Shown one piece after another: positions 9,905 to 18,612 of a DNA stretch of 64,000 bases (position 1 is its first letter; every line of letters begins with the position of its first letter). The stretch comes from Aquificaceae bacterium (lineage in GTDB: Bacteria > Aquificota > Aquificia > Aquificales > Aquificaceae), in NCBI GenBank assembly GCA_037925075.1, contig JAXSNR010000001.1, positions 352,001 to 416,000 of the forward strand, given 5' to 3'. The translations under genes were made by a program, and so were the position numbers. Below the pieces are notes generated by a model. It was given only the letters and a program-made list of their open reading frames with translations. It had not been told where the DNA came from and made no database searches.

Positions 9905-11275
9905 TTACCTTACCAAGTTTATGGTATCCTCAAGCACCGCGTTTGAAGAGATTATTACCCTTGTGTTTGCTTGGTATGCCCTTTGGGCAGATATTAAGTT
10001 TATAAACTCAGAAGCAATATCCACATTGGACATCTCCAACATGCCGGACCTAACCTTTTCTGCACCTCCGGGAGTCATTATGGTAGGTGTGGAAATGGAA
10101 GTGTAGAGATTTGACCCCTTTTTTGTTAATTCCTCCGGGTCTGAAAACACAGCCACTGCAACCCTGTACAAGGGGAGAGATTTTCCGTTGGAATAAACAC
10201 CCACCACCGCACCATCCTCAGAAAGAACGTACACATCCACAAGGTCACCCTTGGCATAGCCGTTCTGGTCCGCGGTTACAAGAAAATCCGCAGAGTATTG
10301 AGTTATGTAGGAGTTTGGTATCGGGTCTCCATTGTTAACGGTCACAGCTTGAAGAGATTCCCCAACGTATATCCTCCAGTCGGTGGCTACAGGAAAGGTT
10401 CCACCGCTAGGAGTTGTAGCGGGTACAGTCAGGGAGCCTGGATCAAGATAGTAATAATAGCTTTTGCCATCAGGAGAGGGTTCTCTTGTAACTACGGTTC
10501 CATCGTAGATTAATCTTCCAGAAGCATCAAATTGAACACCTGTCCAGTCTCCAGAAAGCTCATATCCTGCAGTGGCAGGGTCAATATCCGACCTGAGGTA
10601 TATCTCCCACGTGTTTGTTCCGCTTTTCCTGAAAAATAGGTCGGCTTGATAGGGTGTGCCAAGGCTGTCGTATATGGTTATGGTGTATTTGTAGTTGTAG
10701 CTTGCAGGGTTGTTAGGGTCAAAGGTCGCAGCAGGCACACCAGCATCCGCATTAAGGTTAGTGGGACCTAAAAACCTTATCTGTCCCGTTGCATTTGGTG
10801 GAAGCTGAGGCAATATATGAATATCTTCAAGACCTGTTCCCACAGTTTTTCCCTTCTCGTCCACCCTAAAACCCTGAAGTTTTAAGCCCCCAGAATTTAC
10901 CATATAGCCATCCCTGCTTATCCTAAATTGGCCATCTCTTGTGTAGTAATTGGTTCCTGAAATAGGGTCTTTTATTATAAAGAGACCTCTGCCCTGTATG
11001 GCGAGGTCTGTGTTTATACCCGTTTGCTTAAAATTACCTATTGTCCAGAGCTTTTGTGTACTGTCAACCAAAATGCCCGCTCCGTAGGTAGTGGACTTTA
11101 TAGTGTTTGTTACCGTATTCAGACCAATTGTAACTGAAGAGATAACATCTTGAAAGATGGGTCTACTTCCCTTAAAACCTATGGTGTTTACGTTTGCCAT
11201 ATTGTCCGCGGTTATGTCCATCCATGTTCTGTAAGCGTTCATGCCCGTTACTGCGTTAAAAAAGCTCCTCATCAT
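9905..11275 (-). CDS. flgE: Flagellar hook protein
   Basis: ADNMANVNTIGFK N-terminus; YTRDGQF; LEMSNVD...AQRAYQAN C-terminus. Confidence 0.95.
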   Translation of the reverse strand: MMRSFFNAVTGMNAYRTWMDITADNMANVNTIGFKGSRPIFQDVISSVTIGLNTVTNTIKSTTYGAGILVDSTQKLWTIGNFKQTGINTDLAIQGRGLFIIKDPISGTNYYTRDGQFRISRDGYMVNSGGLKLQGFRVDEKGKTVGTGLEDIHILPQLPPNATGQIRFLGPTNLNADAGVPAATFDPNNPASYNYKYTITIYDSLGTPYQADLFFRKSGTNTWEIYLRSDIDPATAGYELSGDWTGVQFDASGRLIYDGTVVTREPSPDGKSYYYYLDPGSLTVPATTPSGGTFPVATDWRIYVGESLQAVTVNNGDPIPNSYITQYSADFLVTADQNGYAKGDLVDVYVLSEDGAVVGVYSNGKSLPLYRVAVAVFSDPEELTKKGSNLYTSISTPTIMTPGGAEKVRSGMLEMSNVDIASEFINLISAQRAYQANTRVIISSNAVLEDTINLVR

Positions 11276-11277
11276 GG

Positions 11278-11925
11278 CTAAACCCCTCCTGCATAGATTA
11301 ATCTTGATGGAGAGACAAGCTCCCCACTCTCAAGCTCAAAAAACATCTCACCTCCCGATACATTTACAGATTTTACCCTTCCCACAATACCAAGACTTAC
11401 TCCATCAATAGGGAAACCATTTTTAAATAGTTTGACACTGAACTGACCCTTTGGTAGGTCTTTCAGGTCAAGCGAGTTCAACCCCTTGCTTATGTCAAGC
11501 TCTATTTCCTTTATTACATCATCCCCGTCCATAAACTTTAGGGTGGCACCCTTTATGTCTTCAGAAGACAGAAGATAATACTGCCCACCTTTTAGTGTGT
11601 CTACTCTGTCTGTGGAGAATACAAACTCCTTACCTATGAGGTTAAGGCTCGAGAGAAGTGTAATCTGATTAAACCATCCTTTGAGGTCCTCCACAAATCC
11701 TTTCATATCGTTCATATACCTAATCTGATTCAACCTTGTCATGTCCTCCAACATTTTTGAGAGGTCCTGAGGTTGGAATGGATCCTGATACTTGAGAGTT
11801 TCCATGTATATCTTTAGGAAGTCTTCTGAGGATAGATTGTCTACGCCCTGAGTGTAGTTCTTCGGCACAACCTTTGGTTCTGGGGGTTTTATGTCGTAGG
11901 GGTTTTTAACTCTAAACTCCGCCAT
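11278..11925 (-). CDS. flgD: Flagellar hook capping protein
   Basis: FLKIYMETLKYQDPFQP motif; upstream of flgE; start set at ATG 11925. Confidence 0.88.
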   Translation of the reverse strand: MAEFRVKNPYDIKPPEPKVVPKNYTQGVDNLSSEDFLKIYMETLKYQDPFQPQDLSKMLEDMTRLNQIRYMNDMKGFVEDLKGWFNQITLLSSLNLIGKEFVFSTDRVDTLKGGQYYLLSSEDIKGATLKFMDGDDVIKEIELDISKGLNSLDLKDLPKGQFSVKLFKNGFPIDGVSLGIVGRVKSVNVSGGEMFFELESGELVSPSRLIYAGGV

Positions 11926-12169
11926 CCTTTCTCCCTCCCTTCTGTTTTTCAAATTCTTCAGCCAATATCTGTGCAAAGGTTTTCTGCTGGGATTGTTGAG
12001 ACTGTAAAGTGCCTTTGAGGTCGTAGACCCTTTGCTCCTTTTTTATTATGAGCTGGTCGTCCTTTACCTCAATTCTTACCAAGTCCCCCTCCTTTAGCCC
12101 AAGCTTTTTTCTAACATCACTGGGAAGGGCAACCAAACCCCTTGCCATTATTTTTGCAACTTCGTCCAT
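11912..12169 (-). CDS. AbrB/MazE/SpoVT family DNA-binding protein
   Basis: KIMARGLVALPSDVRKKLGLKEGDLV swapped-hairpin signature. Confidence 0.85.
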   Translation of the reverse strand: MDEVAKIMARGLVALPSDVRKKLGLKEGDLVRIEVKDDQLIIKKEQRVYDLKGTLQSQQSQQKTFAQILAEEFEKQKGGRKDGGV

Positions 12170-12176
12170 AGGTATG

Positions 12177-12204
12177 ATTATATACCTGTTTTAGAAAATG
12201 TCAA
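12177..12204 (-). promoter_or_regulatory. Sigma70 promoter (TTGACA-N16-TATAAT) for the abrB-flgD-flgE unit, probably leaderless
   Basis: Consensus hexamers on the minus strand; the -10 ends 7 nt before ATG 12169; no SD. Confidence 0.7.
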
Positions 12205-12290
12205 GAGGTTTGACATTTTTTATTGTCAAACAAAAAGCAATTATCAAATACAAGATAAGCCCTTAAAAATGTCGTATAATTTTCTATTCA

Positions 12291-13874
12291 ATGAGCCTTC
12301 AGCCAACAAAGATACCTCTTACCGTAAAGGAGTTTGACGAGCAAAGGGTAGGATTTTGTGCGGGCTGTGGATGTGCCTGTGGATACATCCTCTACAAAAA
12401 AGAGGGCAAGATAGTAGACCTTTACGGGCATCCCGCGGACACAAGGGGTATGGGAAGCTTTTGCACCAAGGGAATAACCTACATACAGGAGATACCTAAC
12501 AATCCTATGAGATTAAAGGGAGTCTTTATGAAAAGGGGAGAGGAGTTTATGCCCATTGAGTACTCACAAGCCACTGAGATTCTTAAGGAAAAAGTAAAAA
12601 AAGGGAAAACAGCCTTCTTGCTTGGTAGGCAGGCGGGTCTTGAAGAGTACCTTATGGCCAAAAGTCTTTCGGAAGAGGTTTTCGTAGATGCTCCAGTGGT
12701 GAATTTTATGCATTCAAGCCTTAAACCTACCGATTGGAAAAAGGTAAAGTTCATACTCTCTGTGGATGCGGAGCCGGTCTTTTCTGAGGTGATGTCCATG
12801 AGGTGGGTTGTGGATGCGGTAGAAGGTGGGGCTTACCTTTTCTGTCTTTCCAGCAGGTACGAGACCATGTGTGCAAAAGCCAAGGAAAGACTACTTTTAA
12901 AACCAGACGCCATCATAAAGTTTCTTAAAGGCCTTCTTGAACCTGATAGAGGTGATAGCAAGGTTGATTTTGTAAAGAAGAGCCTGTTTCTTATGAGGGG
13001 TTCCCTTGTGCTTGTAGGTGCACATCTTCTTAATTCGCCCTTTAGGGGGTCCCTACTTTCCATACTTTCCGGTCTTAGAGAAAAGTTTGGGGTCAATCAC
13101 AGCTTGGTGGGGGATGTGATGCCCTTACCTGCCAAACCTCTTGAGGAGTTTTTCCAAAGGTTTGACGAATTTGAAAACCTTGTGGTGGTAGGGAACATTT
13201 TTAGATACCTAAAAGACGTCCACCTAAAAGCTCTGAGTGAAAAGTTTGTGGTAAGCTTTCAAGTTTTTCCCAACATAACCACCCATTATTCGGACCTTGT
13301 CTTTGCCCTAAGCATGTTTCAGGAGAGGGAGTTTATAAACTACAGGCATGGCTTTGGATATCTTGTTTATTCACCAAAGACCACAGATACGCAGGGGGTA
13401 TATAACCCAGCGGATGTGCTCAGAGAGGCTTTTGGGCTAAAGGCAAGCTTGGAAGAGCTTCTCAAGGAGTACGGAGTTGACTACGAAAGGCTCAAAGCGG
13501 AGGGCGAGGTGGACCTCAGAAGAGAAGACCTAAGCTCAGTAAAAGATGCAAGCCAGCATGAGATACAAGAAGCCGAGCTTTTCTTGTATACGGATAGCAC
13601 CCTTGTAGAAGATTTGGGTCGCTGGAATCCTTGGACCCATGAGATGGAAAGCTTTCAAAGGGCTTATATAAACCCAAACACCGCAAGAAAAAAAAGTCTC
13701 AAAGACAGCATACAGATAGGGGGAGTAATCTTTGACCTTATTACCACAGAAAACATAGCGGAAGGTGTTGTCTTTATACCCTCGGAGTTTGAGGAGTTTC
13801 AACCCTTTGAGCCGGGATACAGGGTCGGTGCTTTCCTAAAACATCCCTATCACAGATATGAGGTCCTGCCATGA
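12291..13874 (+). CDS. Molybdopterin oxidoreductase-like protein with N-terminal 4Fe-4S domain (divergent, short)
   Basis: FCAGCGCACG...GSFCTKG Fe-S motif; C-terminal AYINP..A molybdopterin-dinucleotide-binding-like segment. Confidence 0.7.
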   Translation: MSLQPTKIPLTVKEFDEQRVGFCAGCGCACGYILYKKEGKIVDLYGHPADTRGMGSFCTKGITYIQEIPNNPMRLKGVFMKRGEEFMPIEYSQATEILKEKVKKGKTAFLLGRQAGLEEYLMAKSLSEEVFVDAPVVNFMHSSLKPTDWKKVKFILSVDAEPVFSEVMSMRWVVDAVEGGAYLFCLSSRYETMCAKAKERLLLKPDAIIKFLKGLLEPDRGDSKVDFVKKSLFLMRGSLVLVGAHLLNSPFRGSLLSILSGLREKFGVNHSLVGDVMPLPAKPLEEFFQRFDEFENLVVVGNIFRYLKDVHLKALSEKFVVSFQVFPNITTHYSDLVFALSMFQEREFINYRHGFGYLVYSPKTTDTQGVYNPADVLREAFGLKASLEELLKEYGVDYERLKAEGEVDLRREDLSSVKDASQHEIQEAELFLYTDSTLVEDLGRWNPWTHEMESFQRAYINPNTARKKSLKDSIQIGGVIFDLITTENIAEGVVFIPSEFEEFQPFEPGYRVGAFLKHPYHRYEVLP

Positions 13875-14536
13875 GGGTGGGGCTATGTGAGGACTCTATT
13901 GAATTTGAAGGTCTTTTGGTCAGGACTATAGGGTTGGACGTTTTGGAAGGCTATAAGTTTAGACAGTGGGCTGGCGGTGTTGACTTTTTTATAAAAGATG
14001 AGGAGGAGCTTAGGTTTTTCTTAGAAAATTATGGGGACTTTGTATATTCGGTGGGAAAGGAAAGCATGGAGGAGGTTGTAGGGAGGCTTTTAAGGGAAAA
14101 GGGCTTGAAGCTCGCCACCGCAGAAAGCTGTACGGGTGGGCTTCTCTCTGCAAGGATAGTGAATGTTCCCGGATCTTCCCATTACTTTGTGGGTGGCTTT
14201 GTGGTCTATGCCAACGAGCTTAAAACAAAACTTTTAGGAGTTGAGGAAGAAGCCATAAAAAAACACGGTGCGGTATCGGAGGATGTTTGTAGGCAGATGG
14301 CAGTGGGTGCCCTTGAGGAAACAGATGCGGACATATCCCTTGCCATAACGGGTATATCTGGACCAGAAGGTGGAACAGAAAAAAAGCCTGTAGGTCTCAC
14401 CTACATAGCCCTTGCCACAGACAGAGAGGTAAAGGTAAGGAGGTTTATTTTCAATGCCAGCAGGAACGAGAATCGTTTTATGGCTACCCAATGGGCTCTT
14501 GAAATGCTCAGGCAATACCTTATAAAGGGGGTCTAA
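13871..14536 (+). CDS. CinA/PncC family nicotinamide-nucleotide amidase
   Basis: ATAESCTGG, GSS.YF.GG.V.Y, GAVS, ITGISGP.GG motifs. Confidence 0.9.
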   Translation: MRVGLCEDSIEFEGLLVRTIGLDVLEGYKFRQWAGGVDFFIKDEEELRFFLENYGDFVYSVGKESMEEVVGRLLREKGLKLATAESCTGGLLSARIVNVPGSSHYFVGGFVVYANELKTKLLGVEEEAIKKHGAVSEDVCRQMAVGALEETDADISLAITGISGPEGGTEKKPVGLTYIALATDREVKVRRFIFNASRNENRFMATQWALEMLRQYLIKGV

Positions 14537-14537
14537 A

Positions 14538-15329
14538 ATGCCAAAGATACATCCAACAGCCATAATAAGTGGGGAAGTGAAGCTGGGAGAAGACGTAGAG
14601 GTGGGTCCATACACCGTAATAGAGGGTAAGGTGGTCATAGGTGAAGGAACAAAAATAGGTGCAAGAGTATCAATAAAGGGCAAGGTCTGTATAGGTTCAA
14701 AGTGTAAGATCTATGATGGAGCTATTGTGGGAGAGGAGCCACAGCATCTAAGGTATATGGGAGAGGAAAGCGAGGTGATAGTGGGGAACAATGTGATAAT
14801 AAGGGAATACGCAACCATACACAGAGGAACAGCCATAGACAAGATGAAGACGGTGGTGGAGGATGATGTTATGCTAATGGCTTACGCTCATGTAGCCCAT
14901 GACTGCGTGGTGCGAAGGGGAGTCATCATGGCAAACTGTGCGACTCTTGGGGGTCATGTGGAAGTGGGGGAGTATGCCTTTATAGGAGGACTTTCTGCAG
15001 TCCATCAGTGGGCAAGGGTAGGAGCCTACGCCATGGTGGGAGGACTTTCTGGAGTATCTCTTGACATACCACCTTTTACTAGGGCATCGGGACAGCATGC
15101 TCATCTATACGGCATAAACACGGTTGGGCTTGAAAGAAGAGGCTTTAAAAAGGATGTTATAGCGGTGCTAAAAAGGTCCTACAGGATTCTTTTCAGAAGT
15201 GGTATGCTGAAGGAAGAAGCTATGGATCTACTACTTAAGGAATACGGACAGTACGAGGAGGTCAGGAGGTTGGTGGAGTTTATAAAGACTTCAAAGAGGG
15301 GCGTCGCAAGGGACGCAGGAAGGGGTTAA
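14538..15329 (+). CDS. lpxA: UDP-N-acetylglucosamine O-acyltransferase
   Basis: IHPTAII start; hexapeptide repeats; HVAHDC; LGGHV; VHQ. Confidence 0.97.
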   Translation: MPKIHPTAIISGEVKLGEDVEVGPYTVIEGKVVIGEGTKIGARVSIKGKVCIGSKCKIYDGAIVGEEPQHLRYMGEESEVIVGNNVIIREYATIHRGTAIDKMKTVVEDDVMLMAYAHVAHDCVVRRGVIMANCATLGGHVEVGEYAFIGGLSAVHQWARVGAYAMVGGLSGVSLDIPPFTRASGQHAHLYGINTVGLERRGFKKDVIAVLKRSYRILFRSGMLKEEAMDLLLKEYGQYEEVRRLVEFIKTSKRGVARDAGRG

Positions 15330-15338
15330 AATATTTCC

Positions 15339-16724
15339 ATGCGAGCCCTTGTTCTCTCCGCAGGTCTTGGAACTCGTTTCAAAAGTGAAAAGCCGAAGGT
15401 TATGCATACTTTGCTGGGCAAGCCTATGCTTTGGTATGTACTAAAAGTCCTGAAGGATTTGCATATAGAGGATATTGCCTTAGTGGTAGGGTACAAGGCG
15501 GAAGACATAAGAAGCTACTTTGGTGAGGCCTACAACTACTTTTACCAATCAAACCCAAAGGGTGGAACCGGAGATGCGGTACTTTCAGCGGTAGATTTCT
15601 GGAGGGATTATGAGGGCTATCTTCTGATAATAAACGGAGACTCTCCTCTTGTGAAGGCACAAACCCTTAAAAACATGCAAAGGTACATACATATGGTAGA
15701 AGAGTACGAGGGCATAAAGCTAAGTGGTCTTTTGCTTTCCGCACAGCTACCAGACCCTACGGGTTATGGAAGGGTGGTAAAGGACGATAAGGGCAATGTG
15801 ATAAAGGTGGTAGAAGAGAAGGATGCCAACTTTGAAGAAAAACTCATAAGGGAGATAAACGGAGGCGTTTATATCTTCTACTGTCCCCATCTCCTTGAGG
15901 CCCTTTATAGGGTTAAACCAAGCCCTATAACAGGAGAGGTTTATCTTACGGAGGTGTTTTCCATAATGCACCAGATGGGCTACAAGGTTAGAAGTTTTAT
16001 GGCGGAAGATATCTCGGAAGTTATGGGTGTGAATACCCGATGGGAACTGGCGGTGGCAGAAAACCTTATAAGGCTTAGAATATTGCAACAATGGGCGGAA
16101 AGGGGCAACACCATACATCAGCCGGAAAGCGTGTGGATTGAGCCCGATGTGGTCTTGGAGGGAGATGTGGAAATCTATCCGGACGCTATGCTCAAGGGCA
16201 ACACAAAAGTAGGCAGAGGTGTAATTGTAGGGAAGGGTAGCCTTTTGGAAAACTCTACGGTGGAAGAGAAGGCGATAATAGAGCCCTACTCTATAGTGAA
16301 AAACTCACATATAAAGTCTGGAGCGGTGGTAGGACCCTTTGCCCATGTGAGAGAAAACAGTCTAATAGGAAAAGGTAGCCATATAGGAAACTTTGTGGAG
16401 GTTAAAAAGTCCTTCATAGGAGAGAGGGTCAGAGCTAAGCACCTTTCATACATAGGGGATGCAACCCTCGAAGATGATGTAAATGTAGGTGCGGGGGTGG
16501 TCTTTGCCAACTTTGACGGAAAAAGAAAGTATGAAAGCTACGTAGGTAAAGGTGCTTTCATAGGTAGCAACTCCTTAATAATAGCTCCCATAAAGCTTGG
16601 AAGTTATTCCTTTGTGGCCGGTGGTTCTGTAATTAGCAGGAATATTCCAGAGGGTGATTTAGCAATCACAAGACCTAGATTGAGAATTTATAAGGACAAA
16701 GGGAGAGAGAAACTCCTTGATTAG
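15339..16724 (+). CDS. glmU: Bifunctional UDP-GlcNAc pyrophosphorylase/glucosamine-1-P acetyltransferase
   Basis: LSAGLGTRFKS..PKV; PTGYGR; GNFVEVK; HLSYIGD. Confidence 0.97.
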   Translation: MRALVLSAGLGTRFKSEKPKVMHTLLGKPMLWYVLKVLKDLHIEDIALVVGYKAEDIRSYFGEAYNYFYQSNPKGGTGDAVLSAVDFWRDYEGYLLIINGDSPLVKAQTLKNMQRYIHMVEEYEGIKLSGLLLSAQLPDPTGYGRVVKDDKGNVIKVVEEKDANFEEKLIREINGGVYIFYCPHLLEALYRVKPSPITGEVYLTEVFSIMHQMGYKVRSFMAEDISEVMGVNTRWELAVAENLIRLRILQQWAERGNTIHQPESVWIEPDVVLEGDVEIYPDAMLKGNTKVGRGVIVGKGSLLENSTVEEKAIIEPYSIVKNSHIKSGAVVGPFAHVRENSLIGKGSHIGNFVEVKKSFIGERVRAKHLSYIGDATLEDDVNVGAGVVFANFDGKRKYESYVGKGAFIGSNSLIIAPIKLGSYSFVAGGSVISRNIPEGDLAITRPRLRIYKDKGREKLLD

Positions 16725-16745
16725 CTAAGGGTTAAATGCTATAAT
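16717..16745 (+). promoter_or_regulatory. Sigma70 promoter of tRNA-Lys (TTGATT-N17-TATAAT, extended TG)
   Basis: Hexamers with 17-nt spacing, 11 nt upstream of the tRNA. Confidence 0.65.
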
Positions 16746-16756
16746 TATATGCCTTA

Positions 16757-16829
16757 GAGCCGGTAGCTCAGTCGGCAGAGCAACGGACTTTTAATCCGTG
16801 GGTCGCGGGTTCGACTCCCGCCCGGCTCA
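16757..16829 (+). tRNA. tRNA-Lys (anticodon TTT), CCA not encoded
   Basis: Acceptor stem GAGCCGG/CCGGCTC; D-arm TAGCTCAG; anticodon arm ACGGA-CTTTTAA-TCCGT; T-loop GTTCGAC. Confidence 0.97.
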
Positions 16830-17546
16830 TACTGCAAGCCTTTCCAGCTCTCTCCTCTTTATTATCTCTATATAGCCCCTCTCCGCATTTATAATACCCT
16901 GCTTTTTCCACTTGCTCATAACCCTTATGGTAGTCTCCACTGTTGTACCTGTCATCTCCGCTATGTCAAGCCTTGTAAGCGGTGCGTCTATAACGATAAC
17001 ATCTTCGTATTTTTTACCTATTCTGTCCGCTATCTCAAGCAAAACCTTTGCAATCCTTTCTTCCACCTTACCTCCTGCTATACTTTTGAGGGTTTCATAG
17101 CTATGAAGAAGGGTAGCGGTAGCTTCACAGGTCATCTTTATGGCAATGGCAGGATGCTTTATAGATAGGTTTATAAAGTCTTTGTTGGAAATATAAAGGG
17201 TTTTGCTCTCTATCATCGCCTTTGCGGTATAGGTGTTTCTTGGCACCTTTTTGCCCCACTCTATCCAGCCAAATACGTCTCCGGGATATACGAGCCTCAC
17301 TATAACAATCCTCGCATCATGGGTCTCTTTAAGGAGCTTTATAAGGCCATCCACAAGTATATAAACACCCGGCTCCGCCTCTTCTTCAAAGAAGAGATAC
17401 TCGTTCCTCCTGAATTCTCTTACCTGCATATATTTAAGAGCATTCCTTAACTCATCCTCGGATAAGTCTTCAAAGATATGAACCCTTTTTAGCATATCAA
17501 TCTTTAGGTCCTGAGCCTGCCTTTCTCTAAAAGCTTCTTTTGCCAT
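16827..17546 (-). CDS. Crp/Fnr family transcriptional regulator (DNR/NnrR-like)
   Basis: cNMP-like beta-roll; HTH LTRLDIAEMTGTTVETTIR; strong SD AGGAGG before ATG 17546; no FNR Cys cluster. Confidence 0.92.
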   Translation of the reverse strand: MAKEAFRERQAQDLKIDMLKRVHIFEDLSEDELRNALKYMQVREFRRNEYLFFEEEAEPGVYILVDGLIKLLKETHDARIVIVRLVYPGDVFGWIEWGKKVPRNTYTAKAMIESKTLYISNKDFINLSIKHPAIAIKMTCEATATLLHSYETLKSIAGGKVEERIAKVLLEIADRIGKKYEDVIVIDAPLTRLDIAEMTGTTVETTIRVMSKWKKQGIINAERGYIEIIKRRELERLAV

Positions 17547-18580
17547 CCCTTACCTCCTATGATTACTTGGGGTTCAAACACCACATAATCCGTATGAAAA
17601 GAAACTCTGTTGATGCCTCCAAAGGTATGGTTGTCTCCTATGGCTATATGCACAGTGCCTAAGATCTTCTCCGCTTCCAACACATTGTCTGGCTTTTTTG
17701 CACCCGGATTTGTACCAACGCCAAACTCCGCAATTACGCGAGCATTATCGTACCTTTTGAAAACCTCCTCAAGGTAATTCCTGTAAGGGTCAAAGCCTTC
17801 CATCTCCTCCACACAGCCATTTTGGAATTTCAGGGTTATAGGTCTTTCAAGCTTTCTGTCAGGTCCATAGGTTATGGTTAGCCTTCCAAAGGCTGAGTCT
17901 TCAAGAGGTGCCACAAAGGCTTCACCCGCAGGCAAGTTTCCATACTGACCCTTTTCATGGAAAAGACCAGTATCCGCGATAGCTTTTCTTCCCATCACAG
18001 AAAACTCCATATCCGTGCCTTCCGCTTTTACATGAACCCACTCCGCTTCGGAAAGCATGTCCGCCACATCAAGGCTTAAGCTAGCCACATAGTTCCAATC
18101 TACGTTCATGGGACCATTAAACATCTGGGGTTCAAAAAGTGGCATGCTTGCGTATCTACAGCCAAAGCCTTCCGTTAGAGCCTTCCTAAAAAAGGTGTGG
18201 GTGGTTGAATAGTAGGGGAATGCAATCACCACCTGTGGCACATCTTCCGCATAGGCTTTTAAAATATCCAAAGCTTCTGCGTCCGAATAGTCTTCTTTGA
18301 AAAGAATCTTTTCAAAAAGCCCCATCTTCCTTAACTCATCCACCGCCCTATCTCCAAAGGTAAGCCTCCAGACCTCTTCGGGTGGTTCCTTGCCATGACC
18401 CTTTAAGGAGGGATAGACCCAATGCTTTACCCTTTTGGTTATAGCCCTTGCCACCTCTACAAACTGACCTATTAGCTCCACAAGATAGTCCTTTTCTGTA
18501 TCTGTCAGCAAAAGCAAAGCTTCGTCTTCCTTTAAACCCATATTCACCTTGTAAAGCTTGTAGATATGTTCTTCATACAT
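17504..18580 (-). CDS. Thermophilic metallo-aminopeptidase (M29-like)
   Basis: GNLPAGEAF; AEFGVGTNP; EKILGTVHIAIGDN; H.D motifs. Confidence 0.85.
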   Translation of the reverse strand: MYEEHIYKLYKVNMGLKEDEALLLLTDTEKDYLVELIGQFVEVARAITKRVKHWVYPSLKGHGKEPPEEVWRLTFGDRAVDELRKMGLFEKILFKEDYSDAEALDILKAYAEDVPQVVIAFPYYSTTHTFFRKALTEGFGCRYASMPLFEPQMFNGPMNVDWNYVASLSLDVADMLSEAEWVHVKAEGTDMEFSVMGRKAIADTGLFHEKGQYGNLPAGEAFVAPLEDSAFGRLTITYGPDRKLERPITLKFQNGCVEEMEGFDPYRNYLEEVFKRYDNARVIAEFGVGTNPGAKKPDNVLEAEKILGTVHIAIGDNHTFGGINRVSFHTDYVVFEPQVIIGGKGWQKKLLEKGRLRT

Positions 18581-18612
18581 GGCTCTTAATCATAAATTTA
18601 TTTCAATTTACC

